DNA from: Felis catus
Lineage: Eukaryota
Reading direction: 5' to 3'
Assembly: GCF_018350175.1 (NCBI RefSeq)
Contig: NC_058383.1
Span: forward strand, 1,736,001 to 1,800,000
Length of the DNA stretch: 64,000 nt
Position numbers and translations under genes: made by a program. A model generated the notes under the pieces. The model was not told the origin of the DNA. It did not search any database and worked only from the letters and a program-made list of their open reading frames with translations. Shown in pieces: positions 1 to 10,540 of the stretch (position 1 is the first letter of the stretch; every line of letters begins with the position of its first letter).

Positions 1-694
1 CTAAAAAAAATGAAGATTTTCAGACTGAATAAAATACAAAGCCTAACCTGTGCAGGAGCAATATCATAATAAAATAAGGAACAAAGACTCAAAGTAAAAC
101 CTGAGAAAGTGAAAGGCACAAATGCTATACAAACGCAAGTGGAGGGATCTGTATTAATATCACACAAAGGAGATTCAAGGATCAAAAGGATCTAAGAAGA
201 CTATTTCATAACAACAAAAGGCTAAATGGACCAGGAAGATAATTGTTTGCAGCCTATATGGGCCTAATAAGGCAGAGCCAGAAGACACGCCGTAACTGAC
301 CACATTAAAAGGAGAAACAGACAAACTGACAGTCAAGCTGGGATATTCCAACACAACTCCCTCAGGATCAGAGAGAAAAAGAGGGAAACCTCACTGGGGA
401 CACGGAAAATTTGAACAGCACGATTAGCAACCAATCCATGGTGTTGATAAGGCACCGCATGCAGTCAGTGCGGAACACGTGTCACTCTGAAGTGTGCACG
501 GGCCGGTCACAAACCCTGACTTCTACGCAGTCCCTCCAGCAAGTCTCAGCAAATTTCAAAGGACTGGTATGAGGTATGGGGTCAGAAAACAATGAAATTG
601 GGCTATAAATAAATAACGAGGTGATCACAAAATGTTGGAAATTGAGAAATTTATTTCTAAATAACCTAGTGGTCAAAATAAAAATCACAATCGA

Positions 695-926
695 GGGGCA
701 CCTGGGTGGCTCAGTCGGTTAAGCATCCGACTTCGGCTCAGGTCACAATCTCATGGTTTGTGGGTTCGAGCCCCACATCAGGCTCTGTGCTGACAGCTCG
801 AAGCCTAGAGCCTGCTTCTGATTCTGTGTCTCCTTCTCTCTCTGTTCCTTCCCCACTCATGCGCGTGCGCTCTCTCTCTCTCTCTCTCTCTCTCAAAAAT
901 AAACAAACGTTAAAAAAAAATTTTTT
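695..926 (+). mobile_element. CanSINE (SINEC_Fc-like) with 13-bp TSD
   Basis: ggggcacctgggtggctcagtcggttaagcatccgacttcggctcaggtcac head, (CT)n, A-rich tail; TSD aaatcacaatcga (682-694) / aaatcacaattga (927-939). Confidence 0.95.
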
Positions 927-1528
927 AAATCACAATTGAAACTGATAAATATTTTGAAATGAATGATGAGAAAAATACAATGTTATCAGAACTACAGCCG
1001 GCATCTATGTTTATAGCCCAGAACACAGAGAGAAGAAAGTTAAAAACCGATCATCTACATAGCTCAAAAGTGAGAACAAATTAAAAAGGAAAAGGAAAAA
1101 ATATGAAAATAGAAATTAATGAAACAGAATGCACATGATCCAGAATCAAGAATGCTAGAAGTTGGTTATTCCACGGATAAACGTGATGAGACAGCTTGAG
1201 AGAGAGCAAATACGTAACCAAACAACCAGACTGAACAAGAGGACGCAGCCGCAGGTCACGGAGACGACTGGTCATCCAGAAACAAAATTCAAATGACTTC
1301 AAAGCTGTTGAAAGAAATCAAAGCCCCAGTTTAAAATCTTTCCAACCCAGAAACCCCACAGGCCCAGATGACTTCACTGCTGAAATTTACCCAACACTTG
1401 AGGAAATACCCCCGATCTCATACATACTGTTACAGAGAAGAGAAAGAGAACTCCCTGACTCGTTCTATAAAGTCAGAAAAACCATGACAGGAAAACTTGA
1501 TGAGGACATTATAAGAAATGAAAATTAA

Positions 1529-1751
1529 GAGGCACCTCCCTGGGTGGCTCAGGCAGGTCTTGATTTCGGCTCAGGTCACGATCTCATTTATGGTTCACGA
1601 GTTCAAGCCCCATGTCGGGCTCTGCACTGGCACCGCAAAGCCAGCTTGGGATTCTCTCTTTCCCCATCTCTCTCTGCCCCTCCCCTGCGTATTCACTCTC
1701 TGTCTCCGTCTCTCTCTCAAAAATAAATAAACTCAAAAAAATAAACTTAAA
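1529..1751 (+). mobile_element. CanSINE with perfect 16-bp TSD
   Basis: tRNA-derived head, CT-rich body and A tail; TSD aagaaatgaaaattaa at 1513-1528 and 1752-1767. Confidence 0.93.
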
Positions 1752-4364
1752 AAGAAATGAAAATTAATCATCGAAATCTCTCATAAACACAGAGGCAAAA
1801 TCTCCAACCTACTCATTAGCAAACCAAACTAAACATTACTTAGGAAGGAAAAGCCATAGTCAGGTTTGCTTATTCCTGAAAAGCACGTTTGGTTTAACAT
1901 TTGAAAATCAATTAATTTAATTTTCCACATTAATGGAGTAAAGAAAAATCATACGATCAGCTCAGTATATCCAGAAAAAGCCTTTGATTAAAATTCAACA
2001 TCTATTCATGATGAAAACAATAAACAAAAACCCTCTTAGCAAATGAGGACTTGGAAGGGAGCTCCACCATGGCCTGCAACAGTGAAGTGTGAACATTTTC
2101 CTTCACCAGCTACCAAAACGCTTCTGTCCAGAACAGTGTTGGAGGTGATAAGTAGCAGAATAAGGCAGGAACACTCACAAAGGTCACTGGAAAGAATTAA
2201 AAACACTGTCAAACAAACAAACAAACAAAAAAACACAACAATACAAACCTATGAGATGTCCACCTAGAAAACCTTATAAAACAGAGAGAAAACAAAGATG
2301 CCCTAAAAACACAGAAGCACGGGCCATGTTCACGGATTGGGTGCACTCTTGTGAAGACGGCACTTAATCAGCGCGCTCCCAGCAGGCAGCTCGGCGGGTT
2401 TACTGTAGAAATGGACAGACTGGATTCCAAACTCGACATGCAAACGTAAAGGGTCACCTCCAGGCAAGGCGGCTGGGGAGGGGGTGCTGGCTCTATCAGG
2501 TAACAGGGCTGAGGAGGGTCCCAGCGACGAAGGCAGTGTGGTCTGGGTCAAAAGAGAGAGAAACAAACCAGTGCAGATGTGCACTGTGATTTCACCACAT
2601 AAGCAGCCCAGCAGGCAGTGAGAAAGGAAGGGTCTCGATAAACGCCACTGTGGGGTGGGGGTGGGGGGCAGAGCCCGCCGTGGCACATTAAGCTTCACGT
2701 GGTGAGGTTAAGTGTGGAAAGGCCAAACAACCGACAGGATAATACTGAAGCATACGTCCGTAACTGTGGGGCAGACGACGGTTTCCTAAAGAGGGCACGG
2801 GAGATGATAACCATCAAGGAAGGTTCACATGGATAAATTAGATGGCATTAAAGTTAAGACCTTCTTTTAAGCTGCAGAGAGTGAAAACCTGACTCAGAGA
2901 GAAGGCATCTGCAACGCAAACAGCTGAGAAAAGGCTGGTGTGCAGAATCCATGCAGAATTCGTACGGGTCATAAAGAAAACGGCAGAAGGGAGAAAACGA
3001 GACCACGGACGCGCCAGGGGCCTCACCAGAGCGAGCCCCACACGCCCGGTAATCACGCGAAGGGGTGTCGTCCCGATCCACACCCTGGGAAATGCAATCG
3101 GGAGACACGAGGAGGTGCCACCACCCACCCTGGAACAGCCGCCAGCGCGTGCGGCTCTGGAGCCCCAGGGTGCTGTGCGCACTGACGCCAGCAGCTGGGC
3201 GGCTGGGACCCCGCGGACGTGCCCGTGGTGGGGCAGCTGTGCTCCCGGGTGCCCGGACACAAACGCAGATCTCCGTGCAACAAAAGACGAGAATGTTCAC
3301 CCCGACGTTCACACGCACCAAGAAACGAAGAAACTCAGCGTTACGTGTGAATGCATAAAAAAGCACACTATGCTCTACTCCACTCGTAAAACACAGAAGA
3401 AGTAACTGCCCACAGAAACGTGGTTTTGAGCAAAAGAAAGCAAATACAAAAGACGACACATTGTACAATTCCATTTACACACAACTTACAAACAGGGAAG
3501 GCAGGGCTGTGGTGTTAGAAACAGGATGGGGTGGCTTGGAGGGAGCACGGCGGGAGAGGAGAGCTTTCTGGAGCTGGTGACGCACGGCTCTCCGTCTGGG
3601 AGGTGGAGAGCCACGGACCAGCGAGGAGACAGCCGCCTCCATGGAAAAGCCTGGCCCACAGTGCTCCGCGCCACTGTCACCGTCTGATCAGAGGGGAGCG
3701 GGAAGGCCCCGGGCCCCGCTCCCAGCAGCTTGCTGGGGGCCTCGGGTCCTCCCGGGTCCAGGGCCGCCGCAGTGCTGTCCCGGGGCGCAGCGTCAGCCCC
3801 TGACAACACGCCTTCCCCGCCTCTGGGCCCAACTGCCTTCCCGGCCGCCTTCGCTCTCACGGCTCCCTTACGGGGTCCCCCGGCCGCCCAGGACGGCAGG
3901 GCCGCACTGACGGAGTGCTCCAGAGCGGGCCCGACACGGGGACGGCCACCGGGCCTGGAGGTGCCCGGGGGGTCATCGTGCTCCTCCCGAGGGCCCTGGG
4001 CTGGCGCCTGCTGCACAGGACCCACACCGGCATTTCAACCTGCTGATGAAAAGCTCTGCAGCGCCCCTGTGGGAAGGAGAAGGGATCAAGGGAGACTCCC
4101 ATAAGCGATTTCACCGGGATCTCACACTGCTCTATCCCAAATCCCCTTCCGGGGTCCAGGCCGGCTCCCCACGGCCAGAGGAGCCCCCTCCCCCTCCCAG
4201 CCTGCTCCCCCCGCACCGCGAGGCCTGGATCAGAGGGGCCCCCGCACCGCGAGGCCGAATTAGACGGGCCTGCCTTTCTTCCCTGGAAGGGCAGGGCACA
4301 GGCAGCCGAGCTCCAGCGTGCTCCCTGCGTGCGAGGCGCCCAGCAAGGCCATCTCCACGCCATG

Positions 4365-4575
4365 GCTCACTGTGCCTGTTCTTCACCGCAGAGAACCCAG
4401 CGCCGGGAACCCAACAGGCGTTCAGTGAGTATCTGCTCAACCGAAGCACGAATGAACCAGCCGACCAACCCACTTTCAGAGCAAACGGGAGGCAGGCGCT
4501 CACTCTCTCAGAGGAGGAAACAGGCTTCTCGAGTTCAGTGACTTGCGGACTGAGCCGAGGTCTGAACCCAGCTCG
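4365..4575. mobile_element. L2 3' end relic followed by MIR relic
   Basis: ttcaccgcagagaacccagcgcc...caggcgttcagtgagtatctgctcaaccgaagcacgaatga resembles the L2 tail; cagaggaggaaacaggc...agtgacttgc...ggtctgaacccag resembles the MIR core. Confidence 0.5.
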
Positions 4576-5816
4576 GCGAGAAGCAGGAGCCCGACGCTCG
4601 GTTGTTGTACTGAAGGTGACACGGACACCGGGATGGAGACGCGCTTTATAAACCCGGGTCCAGGACGGCTCCTGGCCCGCGTCCCTGGGATCACGGAGTG
4701 CAAAACATCACGGGCAACGGTGACCCCAAGGCCTTCACCACTCACCAAAGCATGCAAAGCCGGAGTTTCCGGGACGCAGGACGTGACCCAACCAAATAGC
4801 TCTAATTTAAGAAGGCTCTTCTCAAGCTGCAAGGTCAGGCACCAGACAGGCTTTGTCCTCACGGAGCTGACCATTGCTCTGCTGACCAGGCAGAAACCCA
4901 CACAAGATGGGCTCCGAGCACGATGACTGACCAACTGGGAAGCACCCCCAGTGAGGCCAAGGGAGGCTGCTGCTTCGTGTCCCACACAGAAAGTTCCGTC
5001 CGGTGTCGCACGCGCCCAATTGGGGTCGGGCCAGCCCCAGAGGGAGCCCCACGCTCCCAGACTCAGCCCCGGAGGGGACAGGAGGTGAATGCCACAAGAA
5101 CCCAGAAGGGATGAAGACAGCGTGGAGGAGGTGGGGGAGAGCAGGGGCACCCCTGGAGGGACCCCACGGCGGCACACGGGGCGCGAGAGCAGCACAGAAG
5201 GACACCGACGGTCCAAGTCCCACCTTCCACCCGCGCCGGCACTTGCGTGCGCGGGCACGCCCCCACACCTGGGTCCTCGGGGGGTCACAGGGCCACTGCT
5301 CTCACACGCGTCGGGGTCTCAGCACACGCTTGCGGACACCTCCGCGGGGTCCAGGACAGCGGACGGTTCACACCCCGGCTCGGCCACTTTCGCTCACTCA
5401 ACAGACGTCACCGGCTGCCAACCACGGGGCCAGGGGACGGCAACGGACGAGAAGGCGCGCTTTCCGCACTTCACGCCGCCATGTTAGCGCCAGACGCCTG
5501 GACCCCAGGCCCCGATCAGCAGCGGTGGAGACACAAGCAAGAGGCAGAGCCGGTCTGGGCCTCAGCTGGGTCAACCGCGAAAGACCAGAAATTTCCTACC
5601 ACGGGCTTATTTTTAGGACCAAATAAGATCGTTTATTTAAAACTCATAACATCAACTTTTAAATTTCAGCTTATTATCACTGTCCCCGCCCCCCCCCCCA
5701 TTCTCGGAATGTCCTCCCCACTAAAGACCGGAACACACAGCTGGTTATACCCACTCAACCTCCCCACTCAGAACAAACACAGCGCCTCAAGGACGCCCTT
5801 CCCAAGCTACCCACTG

Positions 5817-6470
5817 GACAGGGGCCTGCCAGGGGGCAGGGGGGTGTCCCAGAACTGGGACCTGCTGGGGGACCCACTCGGAGCATGGGGGGTTGTCCCA
5901 GGAGGGGAGGCCTGCTGGTGGGGGCGGGGGGTGTCTCAAGAGGGGAGGCCTGCTGGTGGGGAGGGTGTGTCCTAGGACGGGAGGCCTGCTGGTCGGTGTG
6001 GGGGGGACGTGTCCCAGGAGGGGAGGCCTGCTGGTGGGAGGGGGACTGTCCCAGGAGAGGAGGTCTGCTGGGGGGGCAGGGGGGTGTCCTAGGACGGGAG
6101 GCCTGCTGGGGGACCCTCTCAGGGCATGGGGGGTTTGTCCCAGGACAGGGGCCTGCTGGTGGGGGGGGGTGTCCCAAGAGGGGAGGCCTGCTGGTGGGAA
6201 GGGGGGTTGTCCCAGGAGGGGAGGCCTACTGTTGGTGGGGGGGGTGTCCCAGGATAGGAGGTCTGCTGGGGGACCCTCTCAGGGCATGGGGGGTTTGTCC
6301 CAGGACAGGGGCCTGCTGGTGGGGGGGTGTCCCAAGAGGGGAGGCCTGCTGTTGGGGGGGGGGTGTCCCAAGAGGGGAGGCCTGCTGTTGGGGGGGGGGT
6401 GTCCCAGGATGGGAGGCCTGCTGGGGGACCCTCTCAGGGCATGGGGGGTTGTCCCAGGATAGGGGCCTGC
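5817..6470 (+). repeat. G-rich minisatellite, ~29-30 bp unit with higher-order structure
   Basis: Unit ~GGGGGTGTCCCAGGAGGGGAGGCCTGCTGGT; a variant with GGGGACCCTCTCAGGGCAT recurs near 5868, 6108, 6268 and 6423. Confidence 0.95.
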
Positions 6471-7849
6471 TCGGGAGTCTCTGGCCACACTCTGTGGTCC
6501 ACCCTCCAGCCATCATCACACCTTCCTATTTAGGTCATGATTCTGCCTCTCTGACCACACCACAAAGCTCCCACAGAGCAGGTGAGACATTCTTTCCCTT
6601 TCACTGCTGAATTCTCAACACCCAAGACAATACTTGGCAAGGAAAGATGTTAAAAATATATTTGCTAAGCCAATCACAGTACTCGGCAAAAGGGCTCTGT
6701 GCCCGGCCCTCCCAGTGCACGATCCTCGGGGTCTAGGGACCACGGGCCCCTCGGGCCGGGCCACCTGCCTGAATGCCCCTTCAGCAGCCCTGAGTGTGGC
6801 CCATAGACTTGCGAGGGCTGGGAAGGCATCCCTTCTGCCCTGGCTCTTCCAGGCCCTTCCCAGGCTCCGGGGGAAGGGGTCAGCCGCGGCCGTGTCCCCG
6901 TGGCCCGTGCTGGCACTCGGGACCGAGGGAGCAGTCAGGCCCCGCGGGGGCCCGCAGCCAAGGGCACTCGGGCCCCTGACTCTAACTCACACGTGACAGC
7001 TTCCTGACCTGGGCCTGGAGAGGACCCGAATGCATGGCTCCGTGTGTACACTGAGCTTCCCCCACTCAAGGTACCCACGAACCCGACGCCCACTCCCGGC
7101 TTCAGCCCCGTCCCTCCACTGGCCGAGGAGGCTCAAAGCAGCACCGGTCCTGGAGGGGACAGCTCTGCCAAGGCCTCTGCGTGCGAATGCCCTCCGAGCC
7201 CGGGGACGGGGTGGGGAGGAAGGGGGACCCAGCTGCCATCTCGTCCCCTCCAGGCCCACCTGACACTGAACAGGACGGCAGGGCTGGAGGACTCGGGGAC
7301 AAAAGCTGCTCTCACCCCAACTCAGCTGAGGCTTGAAGGACAAATCTGCCACAGAACGGAGAAGGCCTGCAAGGAGAGAACCGACAGACTCACACTTCCC
7401 TTTGTGGGGAAAACAGGGGCACCCCGCGGGACCGCGGACACAAGCGCCGGGGAACCCCCAAGCGGGGGTCAGAGGGAGAAGAGAAAAACAGAGGCCGCCC
7501 GCCCTGTGCTCACAGCAGCAGCCTCCCGACCCCAGGACCGCTGGGCAGCCCCGCAGACCGGGCCGGAGCACCCCCCAGGCCCCAGGCCCGGGGGCCCCAA
7601 AGGGACCCGACCGATGGCTGCCTGTGGCCTGCGGCACCTCGGCACTGGCTCCTCCAGAGACAAAAGGCTACGCGGTTCAAACAGCAACAAACGTTCGACG
7701 TGGCACAGACATTTAACGTGTCCACGGAGTCTCCTGGTGGCACGGAGGAGCAGCCGCAGGATCACTACTGCGCAAATCTGACTTCAAACTCTTAACGCGC
7801 TTAACTTCCTGCTTCTCTGCTGCCTTCCCTTTGCAGAGGGACTGGACTC

Positions 7850-7950
7850 GGGCTGTGAATCTGGCTCTCCCACTTCCTGGCAATGCTTCCTGGCAAGTTA
7901 CTGAACCCCGGCAACCTCCTCCCTCCTCTGGAAAACAGTGTCGTCAGAGA
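7850..7950 (+). mobile_element. MIR fragment
   Basis: gtgaatctggctctcccacttcctggc...ggcaagttactgaacccc...aacctcctccctcctctggaaaac resembles the MIR core. Confidence 0.55.
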
Positions 7951-8159
7951 CGGGAGTGGGCTGAGCGCAGTGTCAGGCGTGTATGCCATGTAAACCCGGC
8001 AAGATCCGTTTCGCACCCAAAGTGGTAGGAAATGAAACGCTGCTACTCAATGCGGATGGGGCACACCTGCCAGAGGGGATGTCTGCTGAGCCAGCAAGTG
8101 TCCCTACCCCGCGCCCAGGAATCCGAGGCTCCCACACACATCTCACGAAACGAGTCAGA

Positions 8160-9080
8160 GATACGGCCAAGAGCCACATCCGAGGATGCTGCTCACGCTA
8201 GCAAAACTAAGGCAAAATTAAGAATAATCTAAATTTCCAACAAGAAGCTTAATTCTGAGACAACCGTACAAAAGAACATTATATAGCCACTGAGGGCTTT
8301 ATTCTCAAAAACTGCTTAATAACCTGAAGATCTGTCCCAATAAATGTTAAGTGACAAACACAGGACACGCACAGGTCTTGTCTGTCCTCTTCATGCCTGT
8401 TCTCTTAATACCTGGAACAGTTATGTGAACATGGCTGATCCCACAGCACCTGGCACTATGGTCGTCAGCCAGTGATGGATGGATGGATGGATGGATGGAT
8501 GGATGGATGGATGGATGATGGACGGATGGGTGGATGATGGACAGATGGGTGGATGGATGATGGATGGATGGATGGATGATGGACGGATGGGTGGATGATG
8601 GACAGATGGGTGGATGGATGATGGACGGATGGATGGATGATGGACAGATGGGTGGATGATGGACAGATGGGTGGATGATGGACAGATGGGTGGATGATGG
8701 ACGGATGGGTGGATGATGGACAGATGGGTGGATGGATGATGGACGGATGGGTGGATGGAAGGATGGATAGGTGGGTGGCTAGATGGGTGGGTGGGTAGGT
8801 GGATGGACGGACAAGTGGATGAGTAGACAGATGAATGAATGCACGGATGGATGGATGACGGATGGACGGACAGATGGATGAGTGGATGGATGGATGGATG
8901 AGGGGAGAAGGCGAGAGAAATGAAAGAAACCTGCAAACATGATTTCAGTACTATCTCCAGGTAAAGAAATCAAGAACTTTTAAAATGTCTTCTTTATACT
9001 TTCCAGCAGTTTCCAAGTGCTCCACAATGTACAACATTATAATCCAGGGAAGAAAAAGTTGCCGTATGTTTTAAAGGGGC
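8160..9080 (+). mobile_element. Old L1ME-like 3' end fragments flanking the GGAT array
   Basis: aataatctaaatttccaacaag...cattatatagccact...aaatgttaagtgacaaac and cttctttatactttccagcagtttccaagtgctccacaatgtacaacattataatc resemble L1ME 3' UTR. Confidence 0.45.
8473..8900 (+). repeat. Compound (GGAT)n microsatellite with 19/23-bp higher-order units
   Basis: Pure GGAT run from 8473, then repeats of TGGA(C)(A/G)GATGGGTGGATGA (e.g. 8641-8716). Confidence 0.97.
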
Positions 9081-9369
9081 TGGGGGTTACAAGGCACCTC
9101 CAGACACATCAGCCTGAAGCCCAGTGAGCCAACGGGACTCCCCGGATTCACTCAACACGGACTGGGGCCATGCCACGAGGACTTGGAGCCCTGGAAGGGG
9201 CAAGGCCACAGGGAAGCCAACAACCCATGCCAGCATCTGAGCGTGGAAACGCCCAGGGACAGCGGAGGAGAGAAGGAAACATGGTAGCTCGGAGGAGCTG
9301 GAGGGAGAAGGTCAGGTGGGCCAAACCAACTCCACACCGATGACTGTACCGCCATGTTTCACCATCCAC

Positions 9370-10195
9370 CCCTGGAGGACATCGCTGTTCTCTCCAATTT
9401 GGGCAATTACATAGAAAGCTGCTAGAAGCAATCTTATATGGCTTTTTGTGTGGACATAAGCTTTATTTCTTCAGGATAAATGCCCAGAGTGCAAGTGCCA
9501 GGCCATCTGGTCACTGCAGTTCAGCTGTTAACAAATGGTGACATTACAGCGCAGAGGGCTGCGCCAGTTCACGTTCCTGCCAGCGATGGATAAAAGATCA
9601 TTTCTCTGCATCCTCGCTAGCACTTGGTCTTGTCGCCATTTTTTATTTTAACCATTCTGAGGTGTGCAGTGATATCTTACGGTGGTTTTACGTGCATTTC
9701 CCTACCGGCTAACGATGCCGAGCGTGTCTCCCGGTGCCCGTCTGCCATCTGTGCACGCCCATTTTCTAATTAGATCTTTGCTGCTGTTGAGCGTTGAAAG
9801 TTCTTTATACATCCCAGATAATAGTCTTTTGTCACATACACGGTTTGCAAACATGCTCTCAGGCTGTACCCCGTCTTTTCCATTCTAACCAGAATCTTTC
9901 ACAGAGCACGGGCATTCAGTTTTTACAAAATCCCATTCATCAATTTTTCCTTTTGCAGATCCTATTTTTGGTGTCAAGTCTGAGAACTCTTTGCCTAAAC
10001 CCTGAAGATTGTCTCTTATTTTGTAGTAAGAGTTTTGCACATCTGTGTTCTACGTTTAGTTTCGTGGTTAATTTTTGTATGAAGTGTGAGGTTCACTTTT
10101 TTTGTTTATGGGTGTCCGAATGCTCCAGATGGATCTGCTGAAAAGGTCATCTTTCTTCCACCGAACTGCTTCTGTGTCCTTCTCAAAAATCAGTA
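9370..10195 (-). mobile_element. L1M fragment (distal ORF2/3' region), antisense
   Basis: gtgtggacataagctttatttcttcaggataaatgcccagagtg; ttctctgcatcctcgctagcacttgg; gttctttatacatcccagataatagtctttt are typical reverse-strand L1. Confidence 0.85.
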
Positions 10196-10540
10196 GACCC
10201 AAAGCAGGCCAAAGAATGGAAATAATAAAGATGAGGACAGAAATAAACAAAAAAGAGTATAGAAAGCAATGGAGAAAATCGGCTGAGCCAGAGCCTGGGT
10301 CTTTGAAAAGATGAATAAAACTGATAAACCTTTAGCTAGACAAATCTAGGAAAAAACTGAAAAGATTGACATTACTGAAATGAGAAATGACAGAGGCACT
10401 ACCACCGACCTTACGGAAATAAACAGAATTATAAAGGAATACTATCAACAAGACGCCAAAATCAAATGCCCTGAAATGGACAGATTCCCAAAGACTATCG
10501 AAGCTGACTTAAGAAGAAATAAAAAGCCTGGACAGACCTG
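10196..10540 (+). mobile_element. L1 ORF2 fragment (post-endonuclease region), sense
   Basis: Decayed EIIKMRTEINKKEYRKQWRK-like translation; tctttgaaaagatgaataaaactgataaacctttagctagac. Confidence 0.85.

Larger units (their letters stand above)
1..3680 (+). mobile_element. Ancient decayed LINE-1 (L1M/L1ME-type): ORF2 remnants to 3' UTR, interrupted by two SINEs
   Basis: A-rich ORF2-like blocks (ccacaggcccagatgacttcactgctgaaatttacccaacac; gaaaaagcctttgattaaaattcaacatctattcatgat; catgttcacggattgg) and the 3'UTR-like cacattgtacaattccatttacac. No intact ORF. Confidence 0.8.

Noticed and set aside
5885..6610. 241-aa and 189-aa repetitive Gly/Cys/Trp-rich ORFs
   Set aside because: They are translations of the G-rich minisatellite.
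8421..8936. 171-aa His/Pro/Ser/Ile-rich ORF
   Set aside because: It is the translation of the (ATCC)n repeat.
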